A stretch of 64,000 bases of DNA from a virus: positions 6,617-70,616 of IMG/VR virus record IMGVR_UViG_3300046616_000269; one strand, written 5' to 3'. Below the pieces are notes generated by a model, which did no database searches, was not told the DNA's origin, and worked only from the letters and a program-made list of their open reading frames with translations. Every line of letters begins with the position of its first letter. Positions within the stretch are counted from its first letter, which is position 1. This document shows positions 27,014 to 35,667 of the stretch, piece by piece. The position numbers and the translations under genes were made by a program.

Positions 27014-27916
27014 ATGAAGAAAGCACTTGTCGTCCTGAGTGGCGGCCAGGATTCGACGACCTGCCTTGCCATCTGCATGGCGCTGCTGACCAAGGGCAGC
27101 ATCGATGCCATTGCCGCCGTTACCTTCGACTACGGCCAGCGCCACGTCCGCGAACTGCAGGCAGCCAAGGACATCGCCGAACTCTGCGGCGTGACCGAGC
27201 ACGAGATTGTCCAGGTCGGCCCCATCCTGGCAGGCACCAGCCCGCTGACTGACCCCAACCAGCCGCTGGAGCAATACAAGGACTTCGCCAGCATGGACGC
27301 CATCATCGGCGACCGCGTCGAGAAGACGTTCGTGCCGATGCGCAACGCGCTGTTCCTAACTCTGGCCGCCAACCGCGCCGTCTGCATGGGCGCCACGATG
27401 ATCGTCACCGGTGTCTGCGAGGCCGACAACGCCAACTACCCCGACTGCCGCCAGGACTTCATCTACTCACAAGAGCGGACCATCAACGAAGCACTGGGCT
27501 TCGACCGCGGCGATGAGCGCTACATCCACATCTGGACTCCGCTTATGACGTCCAGCAAGGCTAAGTCCATCGATATGCTGATGGAACTCGGCGTCAACGC
27601 ATTCGCGCTGCTGGCCTTCTCGCATACGGCCTACGATGGCGCCTACCCGCCGGTCGGCAACGATCACGCCACACTGCTGCGCGCCGAAGGCTTCCGGCAG
27701 GCCGGCGTTGCCGATCCGCTGATCGTCCGCGCCGCCATGGACGGTTTGATGCCTTACCCAGGCACCGAGAACTACGACGCCTACCATGCCCGTCAGCAGC
27801 TGGGGGTTAAAGACAGCGAGCTGCAGTTTGCCATCAAGGCCCATCAGGCGCGTCTGCAGGCAGGCGCCATCCGCCGTCACAACGCAGCCGTCGACTTCAG
27901 CAAGGCGGTGCAGTGA
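27014..27916 (+). CDS. queC: 7-cyano-7-deazaguanine synthase QueC
   Basis: SGGQDSTT, FDYGQRH, TFVPMRN, YPDCR and TPLM motifs. Confidence 0.95.
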   Translation: MKKALVVLSGGQDSTTCLAICMALLTKGSIDAIAAVTFDYGQRHVRELQAAKDIAELCGVTEHEIVQVGPILAGTSPLTDPNQPLEQYKDFASMDAIIGDRVEKTFVPMRNALFLTLAANRAVCMGATMIVTGVCEADNANYPDCRQDFIYSQERTINEALGFDRGDERYIHIWTPLMTSSKAKSIDMLMELGVNAFALLAFSHTAYDGAYPPVGNDHATLLRAEGFRQAGVADPLIVRAAMDGLMPYPGTENYDAYHARQQLGVKDSELQFAIKAHQARLQAGAIRRHNAAVDFSKAVQ

Positions 27917-28518
27917 TGCCTAATACGCAACAGCCCTACCTCTTCTTGGAAGAAGAAAAGGCACAGCAGGCGGATGCGAAGATCGCCATTCAGACCTTGC
28001 TGCGGTTCGTTGGCGAAGATCCAGCGCGTGAAGGCCTGCTGGAGACTCCGGCGCGCGTCGTCAAGGCCTGGAAGGAGTGGTGCGACGGCTACGCGCAGGA
28101 CCCGGCTGCTGTCCTGAAGACCTTTGGTGATGGCGCCGAAGGCGTGGACGAGATGGTCATCGTCAAGGACATCGAGCTATATAGCCATTGCGAGCATCAC
28201 ATGGCTCCGTTTTTTGGCGTGGCGCACGTGGCCTATATCCCCAGCAAGCGCATCGTTGGCCTGTCGAAGATTGCGCGGCTGGTGGATATCTTCGCGCATC
28301 GCCTGCAGGTTCAGGAACGGCTGACCAACCAGATTGCCGATGCCATGCAAGAAGTCTTGGAACCCATCGGCATCGGCGTCGTCATCCAGGCCAAGCACTT
28401 TTGCATGTGCAGCCGCGGTGTGGGCAAGCAGGGCAGCACGACCATTACGTCGGCGCTGCGCGGCGCCATCAAGGACAAGCCGGAAGCCCGCGCCGAGTTC
28501 ATGGCCTTCCTCAAATGA
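27913..28518 (+). CDS. folE: GTP cyclohydrolase I FolE
   Basis: REGLLETPARV, SHCEHHMAPF, GLSK, QVQERLT and HFCMCSRG motifs. Confidence 0.97.
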   Translation: MMPNTQQPYLFLEEEKAQQADAKIAIQTLLRFVGEDPAREGLLETPARVVKAWKEWCDGYAQDPAAVLKTFGDGAEGVDEMVIVKDIELYSHCEHHMAPFFGVAHVAYIPSKRIVGLSKIARLVDIFAHRLQVQERLTNQIADAMQEVLEPIGIGVVIQAKHFCMCSRGVGKQGSTTITSALRGAIKDKPEARAEFMAFLK

Positions 28519-29453
28519 AAGTGTGGATGGCTGGGGCAGACGCCGGGAAAGTAGCCAACGCATATCTGGACGCGCAGCGTGGCATCTACCCACCAAGCCT
28601 CCAGTCATTCCATTACATCAGAGTAAAAATGATAAAACCATCCGCCTTTCAATTTTTTCTGGATTCCGGGGCCTACTCTGCGTGGTCCAGAGGAACCGCC
28701 ATCGACATAGACGAATACATCGCCTTCATCAAGGCGAACATCGAGCACATCGAGGTCTACGCCTGCCTGGACTCCATACCGGGCGAGATCGGCAAGGCGG
28801 CTACCGAGCGCCAGCGCCGCGAAGCCGCCGAGCTGACCTGGGAGAACTATCTGTACATGAAGGCGGAAGGCCTGGACCCGCTGCCCGTCTATCACTATGG
28901 CGAAGACTTCAAGTATCTGGACCGCATGCTTGACTACGGCTGCGATTACATCGGCATCGGTGGCCTTGTCCGGGTGCCGGGTCCCATGCGCAGACACTGG
29001 TTGGATCGCCTGTTCAAGCGCATCACGAATGACGCCGGCGAGCCGCTCATCAAGACGCACGGCTTCGGCATGACGGCGGTGCCGCTGGTCTTCCGCTATC
29101 CCTGGTACAGCATCGACTCGACCACCTGGATTCAGATTACCGCCAACGGCGCCGTATATCTGCCTGCCATGGTGGACGGCGAATTTGTCTTCGACCGGGT
29201 GCCAGCCACGGTGACGGTCAGCAACAAGAACCCCAAGCAGGGGCAGGGCGGCAAGGCAGCGAACACGATGAGCCCAGCCATGCGGGGCATCTTGGATCGC
29301 TGGCTGGCTGTCTGCGGCAAGACCTATGACGAAGTAGTCGACCACTACTATCACCGGGCCTGCGTCAACGTGACTTTCTTCAAGATGGTGAGCGAGGCCA
29401 AGGCCGCCCACGTCTTCCGGCCTGACGGCATCAGGAAACAATCGCTTTGGTAA
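28515..29453 (+). CDS. dpdA: DpdA-like DNA-guanine transglycosylase (TGT fold)
   Basis: FLDSGAYS, LD.IP, PVYH.GE, IGIGG, HGFG and YSIDSTTW motifs; ATGA-coupled to folE. Confidence 0.85.
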   Translation: MKVWMAGADAGKVANAYLDAQRGIYPPSLQSFHYIRVKMIKPSAFQFFLDSGAYSAWSRGTAIDIDEYIAFIKANIEHIEVYACLDSIPGEIGKAATERQRREAAELTWENYLYMKAEGLDPLPVYHYGEDFKYLDRMLDYGCDYIGIGGLVRVPGPMRRHWLDRLFKRITNDAGEPLIKTHGFGMTAVPLVFRYPWYSIDSTTWIQITANGAVYLPAMVDGEFVFDRVPATVTVSNKNPKQGQGGKAANTMSPAMRGILDRWLAVCGKTYDEVVDHYYHRACVNVTFFKMVSEAKAAHVFRPDGIRKQSLW

Positions 29454-29467
29454 AAGGAGAATCAAAA

Positions 29468-29875
29468 ATGGGAACCGCAACAAAGACCGCCGCCGACTAT
29501 TTCAGCCAGGGCGTTATCGACGCCCGCCAGGGCAAGCCCATGCTGGCCCGCGCCGCCAGCTGGCAGGGTAAGGCCTACTGCGCAGGCTACAAGGAAGAAA
29601 GCGACCGCATCACCGCGGACCGGCTGAAGGAAGCCACCAAGCCAGCCAATCGTAAGCCCATCTTCTCGCCAGATCCGCTGCCCACCTTTTTCCTGGGTGC
29701 CAACGACATGTCGTACTGGCCCGAGGGTGCCCGAGAACACGCGATCCAGCTGCGGCAGGCCCTGGGCAAGGAACAGACGCAGAAACGCGCCCAGCGCCTC
29801 GTTAGGAGCCTGGAGCGCATGGTGGCGCGGCACAGCATCACGCCGCTGTCCACGGCACGCCGCGCGGCAGCATGA
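29468..29875 (+). CDS. hypothetical protein
   Basis: AAGGAG RBS; YFSQG..D...G...W...Y..GY N-terminus weakly resembling Rmf. Confidence 0.6.
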   Translation: MGTATKTAADYFSQGVIDARQGKPMLARAASWQGKAYCAGYKEESDRITADRLKEATKPANRKPIFSPDPLPTFFLGANDMSYWPEGAREHAIQLRQALGKEQTQKRAQRLVRSLERMVARHSITPLSTARRAAA

Positions 29876-30132
29876 AGATCTACCTGGTCTGCAGCACGGC
29901 CAAGAACTGGATGGCGACCGGCTACGGCGGCGCGCTGGTCCATGGTGACGCCGACCGGCTGCTGGTCAGCTTTGTCGAGTTCGTCAAGAACCCCGCCCAG
30001 CAGCTGGCCGTGACGGATATGCCCAGCCCCTACGTTCCCAGCCAGAAGAAGGTCCTGGCAGAACTGCCCGTTGCCATCGGTTCGATGGTCACCAATCACA
30101 TGGAAGAAATCTTCGGAGATGCAGATGAATAA
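29872..30132 (+). CDS. micro-protein resembling the DpdA N-terminus
   Basis: ATGA-coupled; MKIYL...RLLVSF. Confidence 0.6.
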   Translation: MKIYLVCSTAKNWMATGYGGALVHGDADRLLVSFVEFVKNPAQQLAVTDMPSPYVPSQKKVLAELPVAIGSMVTNHMEEIFGDADE

Positions 30133-30559
30133 CAAGCTGATCTATCTGGCCGGCGCCATCGCTGGCCGCAGTGATGCCGACTGCAATACGTGGCGCCAGA
30201 CCGTTACGCGCCTGTGGGGCGGCCAGACCCTGGACCCGATGCGGCGTGACGGCAGGGGCCGCGAACTGCAGGAAGGCAGCACCAAGGAAATCGTGGAAGG
30301 CGATAAGGCCGACATCATGGCTTGCGATGCCGTCCTGGTCTGGTACGAGGCCCCCAGCGTTGGGACGTCGATGGAAATCCTGTTCGCCTGGGAGCAGCAC
30401 AAGCCCCTGGTCTTGATGAACATCAGCGGCCAGCCCGACCACATGCTGAGTTACTGGATACGCTACCACTGCGAGCCCTACATTCGCCCAGACATCCCTA
30501 GTGCCATCTGGCTGTTGCATGACCTGCTGGATCTCGACCCGCCAGACCACAACGAATGA
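30125..30559 (+). CDS. nucleoside 2-deoxyribosyltransferase / dNMP N-glycosidase family
   Basis: IYLAG, D..DI..CD.V, SVGTSMEI..A (catalytic Glu). Confidence 0.85.
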   Translation: MNNKLIYLAGAIAGRSDADCNTWRQTVTRLWGGQTLDPMRRDGRGRELQEGSTKEIVEGDKADIMACDAVLVWYEAPSVGTSMEILFAWEQHKPLVLMNISGQPDHMLSYWIRYHCEPYIRPDIPSAIWLLHDLLDLDPPDHNE

Positions 30560-30711
30560 AGATCTATCCGGTCCTGGGTGGCGACGATCCCTTCTGGCCT
30601 GGGCGCTGCTGTATAGATAGCGATGTCAGCGCCGTCCTGATCAGCTTCGCCAACTACCCCAAAGTCTTCACCTCTCTCTCAACTGAACCAAGCCATCAAG
30701 GAAAAACATGA
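30556..30711 (+). CDS. 51-aa micro-protein (not in the ORF track)
   Basis: MKIYPVLGG...VLISFANY...; ATGA overlaps at both ends. Confidence 0.6.
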   Translation: MKIYPVLGGDDPFWPGRCCIDSDVSAVLISFANYPKVFTSLSTEPSHQGKT

Positions 30712-31793
30712 ACGAAAAATCAACGACCAATCGGCTGGCACTCGCCAAGGTGGCGGCGCTGGTGCGGCCAGCCCTGGCAACGCAGGACTACATCAAGGCG
30801 CTGACGCACATCAAGTTCGACGGCGAATACGCGACCAGCCATAACGACATCAGCGCCATCAGCATTCGTTGCCAGGTGGCAGTCGACCGCTGCATTCCCG
30901 GCGAATTGCTCATCAAGGCCCTGGGCAGCTTCGGCGCCGAGCAGATCATGTTCCAAGACGGCAAGAACGGCGCCCTGGTGCTGAGTAGTGGCCGCAGTAA
31001 GCTGACGCTGCCCACCCTGGCCGCCAAGGACTTCCCGTTCGACTGGCCCAGTGATGAAGACGGCACCGAGGTCGACCTGGACCATGCCATCCTGAAGGGT
31101 ATCGAGCGCTGCCTGCTCAGCGTCGGCACAGACCCCACGCATGCATCCCAGATGGGAGTTACCCTGGACGCCGACGACCGCGGCCATGCAGTGCTGTTCA
31201 GCACCGATAACTTCAGCATGAGCCGCTACCAGACCAAGACCAAGGTCAAGCTGCCCGGCGACGTGCCAGTCATCCTGCCGCGCTTCTTCTGCGAGCAGCT
31301 AGTCAGCCTGTCCAAGGCCTACCCGGATGACGACATGGTCCTGGTGCTGCACGACGGCGCCCTGCTGGTCGAGTTCGGCAAGGCCGCCAAGCTGTTCACC
31401 AAGACCCCAGTCGACCTGCAGCCGCTCGACTTCCCATCCATGTTCCTGAAGTACGTCAAGCTGGACGGCATCAAGAACAAGCTGTCCGTGATTCCCGACA
31501 GCTTCGATGCAGCTTTCGGCCGCGCCTTGCTGGTGTTGAGTGGCGAAGTCGATAAGGCCACCAAGGTCACCGTGGACGGCGACAGCATCAAACTCAGCAG
31601 TACATCCAGCCTGGGTGACAGCGATGACAGCATGAGCTTCGACGGCAGCGAACTCGACGCCTTCCATACGGACCCCGTCATGATCGCCCGCGCCGTTAAG
31701 GCCTGCGCATTGCTGGGCTTCACGCCGAAGGTCACCATCCTGGCCGACGCCGACGCAAATTTTGTCCACCTTGTCGCCCACTGCGCCGCCTAA
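30708..31793 (+). CDS. dnaN: DNA sliding clamp, beta-like
   Basis: About 360 aa with three-domain DnaN-like patterns (L..L.AKDFP, STDNF.M). Confidence 0.75.
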   Translation: MNEKSTTNRLALAKVAALVRPALATQDYIKALTHIKFDGEYATSHNDISAISIRCQVAVDRCIPGELLIKALGSFGAEQIMFQDGKNGALVLSSGRSKLTLPTLAAKDFPFDWPSDEDGTEVDLDHAILKGIERCLLSVGTDPTHASQMGVTLDADDRGHAVLFSTDNFSMSRYQTKTKVKLPGDVPVILPRFFCEQLVSLSKAYPDDDMVLVLHDGALLVEFGKAAKLFTKTPVDLQPLDFPSMFLKYVKLDGIKNKLSVIPDSFDAAFGRALLVLSGEVDKATKVTVDGDSIKLSSTSSLGDSDDSMSFDGSELDAFHTDPVMIARAVKACALLGFTPKVTILADADANFVHLVAHCAA

Positions 31794-31799
31794 GCTGTC

Positions 31800-34415
31800 A
31801 TGGCCTTTTTCTTCAATGAGTCCAAGAAGGAGGCCGCCAAGCCGAAGGCTAAAGCGGTCACCAAGCGCAGCAACGCAGTCGTCCCCATTGCAAGCCTGCA
31901 GAAGATGGGCTGCGCGGCTTGCCCGCGCGATAAGGACGACTCCTTGCTGAGTCCGAAGATGGAGCCCAGCGGCAAGAAGGGCGCCCCAGTCTACCTGCTG
32001 GGCGGCAACCCCAGCAAGGCCGAAGACGAAGACAACATGCACTGGACGGACAAGGCCGGGCAGATGATCGCCAGCAAGTTCGGCGGCAAGTTCATGAAGT
32101 CCGAAGTCCGGTCTAACTTCATCACGCAATGCAGGGGCGCCGACACCGAAGTGGAAATCGAGTGCTGCCGCAACCGCATCGTGGCCGACATCGAAGCCGC
32201 GCAGCCGCTGGTCATCGTCACGATAGGCGATGCCGCCATGCGCTGGGCGGTCAAGTTCGGAACGCCAAGCAAGCACAGCGCCCTGAATCACCGCGGCGCG
32301 CTATTCGTCGTCAAGATCGGCCGCCACGTCTGCTACCTGATGCCGCTGCTGTTCCCTAACTTTGTCTTCAAGAAGAGCTTCAAGAAGTCGGAGTACGAGT
32401 TCACCCTGGAACACGACATCAAGCGCATCAAGGCCCTGGTTCAGCGCGATGACCTGCCGCCTGCCCACGTCTATGAAAAGCCATATGACGCTGGCGTCGA
32501 ACTCATTACCGGCAACGAGCCCGGTGACATGCAGCGGCTGCAGCTGGCCCTGCAAGATCTGGCAGCCGAGCCAGACGTCGGCCTGGATCTGGAAACCAAT
32601 GGCCTGCGGCCTTACTTCCTGAAGGACCCGAAGATCTGGATGATTGCCATCGGCACGTTCGAGCGCACCATCGTCTTCCCGCTGGATCATCCCGAAGGCT
32701 GGGGGACGGAAGGCAGGCGCCGGCAGGTCTGGTCGCTGGTGGGGGAGTTCCTGATGAACAGTGGCCGCAAGCAGGCCCACAACCTCGCCATGGAGATGGA
32801 GTGGCTGTCCTACTTCTTCGGCCCCGCGATTTTGCGCAAGACCGAGTGGGAAGACACCATGGCAATGGCGCATACGCTGAACGAGCAGCCCGGCACCAAG
32901 GCGCTGGGAACGCAGACCGTCATGCACTTCGGCTTCGATGTCAAGGCGCAATCCAATATCGACGTCAAGCGCATCCTCGAGTACCCGCTGCGCGACACGC
33001 TGCGCTATTGCGGCATGGACACCAAGTGGACCAATAAGCTGGCGCGGACTCTGATGCCACTGGTGCGGGCTGAGAACCTGGCCGAGTACGAACGCAAGGT
33101 CCGGCTGGCGTCGACTCTGATTCTGACGGAGGCGAAAGGCATGCCCGTCGACTTCAAGTACGTCGATGACCTGCGCGAAACGACCGAGACCACGCTGAAG
33201 GACATCGAAGGCAGGCTGCGCAGGACGCCTGAGATCAAGGAGTACTCGTCGCGCTTCGGCACCTTCAGCCCCACGGCACCTGCGCACGTTCTGAAGCTGC
33301 TGCGCGACGTCTGCAAGCGGACCGAGATCGTCGTAGAAGATCGCGACGGCAGGCGCGAGACGACGGGCGAAGAAGAACTGTCGAAGATACCGGCGGCCGA
33401 AGTGCCCAGCGTCCCGCTTATCTTGGAACACCGCGCCATGTCCAAGATTCTGGGCACCTACATCCTGCCCCTGCATAACCGCGAGATCGTCTGCCCAGAT
33501 GGCAGGGTGCGCAGCAAGTACAGCAGCATGACCGCCGTCACCGGGCGCCTTGCCAGTGAAGACCCCAACGTGCAGAACTTCCCGAAGCGTAAGCACAAGG
33601 AAGTGCGTGGCGCCATCTACGCGCCGCCTGGGTGGTGGATAGCGGCCCTAGATTACGGCCAGATCGAGTTCCGGGTCGTCGGCATGGCATCGGGTGACCC
33701 TGCCATCGTCGAGGCCTGCTGGACCGGTTATGACGTGCACAAATTCTGGGCCGAGCGCATCGTCGCACTCTACCCAGGCGCAAAGGACTGGATTGTCGAA
33801 ACCTTCGGCGTCGACTGGGATGAGAAGGGCCTGAAGACGCTGCGGCAGGAAGCCAAGAACAAGTGGGTCTTCCCCCAGCTGTTCGGCGCCTCTGCCAAGA
33901 GTTGCGCGGAATCCCTGCATCTGCCCGACGATGTGACAGAGGACCTGGTGGGGGAGTTCTGGGACACCTTCAAGGTCGCCCGCAAGTGGCAGGAAAAGCT
34001 GCTGGCCGGCTACGAAAAGAATCTGTACGTGGAATGCCTGGGTGGCCGCAAGCGGCGCGGCCCCATGACGAAGGAGCAGGTCATCAACGCGCCCATCCAG
34101 GGGACCGCCTTGGATATTGTTGCAGAGGGTATGAATGCAGTAAGCGAGCGCGCCGAAGCCGAAGACGATGCCGACCTGCAGCCGAACCTGAACGTGCACG
34201 ATGACCTTTCCTTCTGGATTCCAGACCACTGCCTGACCCAGAAGATCGACATCATTGCCACCGAGATGTGCAAGCCGCGGTTCGACTACATCAACGTGCC
34301 GCTGATCGTCGAAGCAAGCGTTGGAAGCCGCTGGCATGACCTGCACGAAATCAAGGTCTACCGCAGCAACGAACTCTTCGGCACCCCCAACCCTTATGCG
34401 AAAGGCAAGCGATGA
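31800..34415 (+). CDS. polA: family A DNA polymerase with N-terminal UDG-like and 3'-5' exonuclease domains
   Basis: CAACP...QCR...ECC UDG fold; DLET, HN and YC..D exonuclease motifs; TGRLAS..PNVQN, DYGQIE, INAPIQG, VHDD. Confidence 0.95.
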   Translation: MAFFFNESKKEAAKPKAKAVTKRSNAVVPIASLQKMGCAACPRDKDDSLLSPKMEPSGKKGAPVYLLGGNPSKAEDEDNMHWTDKAGQMIASKFGGKFMKSEVRSNFITQCRGADTEVEIECCRNRIVADIEAAQPLVIVTIGDAAMRWAVKFGTPSKHSALNHRGALFVVKIGRHVCYLMPLLFPNFVFKKSFKKSEYEFTLEHDIKRIKALVQRDDLPPAHVYEKPYDAGVELITGNEPGDMQRLQLALQDLAAEPDVGLDLETNGLRPYFLKDPKIWMIAIGTFERTIVFPLDHPEGWGTEGRRRQVWSLVGEFLMNSGRKQAHNLAMEMEWLSYFFGPAILRKTEWEDTMAMAHTLNEQPGTKALGTQTVMHFGFDVKAQSNIDVKRILEYPLRDTLRYCGMDTKWTNKLARTLMPLVRAENLAEYERKVRLASTLILTEAKGMPVDFKYVDDLRETTETTLKDIEGRLRRTPEIKEYSSRFGTFSPTAPAHVLKLLRDVCKRTEIVVEDRDGRRETTGEEELSKIPAAEVPSVPLILEHRAMSKILGTYILPLHNREIVCPDGRVRSKYSSMTAVTGRLASEDPNVQNFPKRKHKEVRGAIYAPPGWWIAALDYGQIEFRVVGMASGDPAIVEACWTGYDVHKFWAERIVALYPGAKDWIVETFGVDWDEKGLKTLRQEAKNKWVFPQLFGASAKSCAESLHLPDDVTEDLVGEFWDTFKVARKWQEKLLAGYEKNLYVECLGGRKRRGPMTKEQVINAPIQGTALDIVAEGMNAVSERAEAEDDADLQPNLNVHDDLSFWIPDHCLTQKIDIIATEMCKPRFDYINVPLIVEASVGSRWHDLHEIKVYRSNELFGTPNPYAKGKR

Positions 34416-34705
34416 AGATGGTTTACTGGGAGATACCGCTGAAGCGGGACTGGTCCTTGTATGGGGGCGCCACCAGCATTCCCATCATTCAGAAGGCCAA
34501 CAAGAAGGTCGTGCTGCGGACGGTCAGCCGAACCGATACCGATCTGAACCATGCCAGGTCAATCGTCAAGCTGCACAACCAGCACGTCAAAGCCCAACTC
34601 GAAACTCAGAAAGTAAAAAATGGCAACAAGGAAATCCCTGGACGACTCCCAACCCTCCACGAAGTCGTCGCCAACGCCGCCATCAATCTCGGCAGAAACA
34701 ACTGA
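34412..34705 (+). CDS. hypothetical protein
   Basis: ATGA-coupled to the polymerase gene. Confidence 0.5.
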   Translation: MKMVYWEIPLKRDWSLYGGATSIPIIQKANKKVVLRTVSRTDTDLNHARSIVKLHNQHVKAQLETQKVKNGNKEIPGRLPTLHEVVANAAINLGRNN

Positions 34706-35633
34706 ACCCATCCACCTGAAGTACCGGCCCCAGGCGCTGCGCGACGTCCTGGGGCAGGCGGCGGTAGTCAAGAGCCTGGAAGCCGTGCTGAAGGCCAAGA
34801 GCCGCCCGCACACGTTCCTGTTCACCGGCCCGCCTGGAACTGGCAAGACGACGCTGGCGCGCATCGTCGCCAGGGCCTTCGACTGCGACGTCGCAAACAT
34901 GCTGGAGGTCGATGCAGCCAGCAATAGCGGCATCGATGACATGCGCAAGGTCACGTCGACGCTGCGGTATAACGGCTTCGGCTCGACCCCCAACAAGGCC
35001 ATCATCATCGACGAGTGCCAGGGGCTGAGTAAGCAGGCCTGGGACAGCTTGCTGAAGTCGACGGAGGAACCGCCGCCGCACGTCTTCTTCTTCTTCTGCA
35101 GCACGAACCCCGGCAAGATTCCAGCAGCTCTGACGACCCGCGCCCTGGCGTATTCGCTGAACCCGGTGAAGTATGCCGACATCATGGACCTACTCGAGGA
35201 AGTCTGTGACGCCGAGCTGTTCGACACCCCGGGCAAGCACCTTGCCATGGTGGCCCAGGCCTGCGAGGGAAGCCCCAGGCAGGCACTGACGATGCTGGCG
35301 AAGGTCCATGACTGCGAACACGAAGATGAAGTCGCCATACTGCTGCGGACGGCCCTGGACAATGCCGAGGTCATCGATCTGTGCCGGATGCTCATCAAGG
35401 GTGACCTGACTTGGCCGAAGCTGACGTCGACCTTGGCTGCCATGGAAGATGTGCAGGCCGAAACCATCCGCATCGTTGTCACCAATTATCTGAACAGCTG
35501 CCTGATGAAGGCCCGCAGCGATAAGGAAGCGATACGGATGCTGGACATGCTGGCCTGCTTCACCAAGCCCTGCAATCCATCCGACAAGCTGGCACCCATC
35601 CTGCTGGCCTTCGGCGACTTCATATTCGCCTGA
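34620..35633 (+). CDS. dnaX: clamp loader subunit (DnaX gamma/tau-like AAA+)
   Basis: KYRP...DVLGQ, GPPGTGKT, EVDAAS, IIDEC, LLKSTEEPP and GSPR motifs. Confidence 0.9.
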   Translation: MATRKSLDDSQPSTKSSPTPPSISAETTEPIHLKYRPQALRDVLGQAAVVKSLEAVLKAKSRPHTFLFTGPPGTGKTTLARIVARAFDCDVANMLEVDAASNSGIDDMRKVTSTLRYNGFGSTPNKAIIIDECQGLSKQAWDSLLKSTEEPPPHVFFFFCSTNPGKIPAALTTRALAYSLNPVKYADIMDLLEEVCDAELFDTPGKHLAMVAQACEGSPRQALTMLAKVHDCEHEDEVAILLRTALDNAEVIDLCRMLIKGDLTWPKLTSTLAAMEDVQAETIRIVVTNYLNSCLMKARSDKEAIRMLDMLACFTKPCNPSDKLAPILLAFGDFIFA

Positions 35634-35667
35634 CCGCCTGTATAGATGGGCCAGGAAAGGGCATCGA

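Noticed and set aside
25521-27026. Long antisense ORFs (also 32301-33596, 4962-6245, 31299-32291)
   Set aside because: Shadow frames of GC-rich, codon-biased genes on the opposite strand; no motifs or RBS
28515-29453. tRNA-guanine transglycosylase (tgt) for queuosine tRNA modification
   Set aside because: Lacks the TGT CxCxxC Zn motif; no QueF, QueA or tRNA genes; replication context favours a DNA-targeting DpdA
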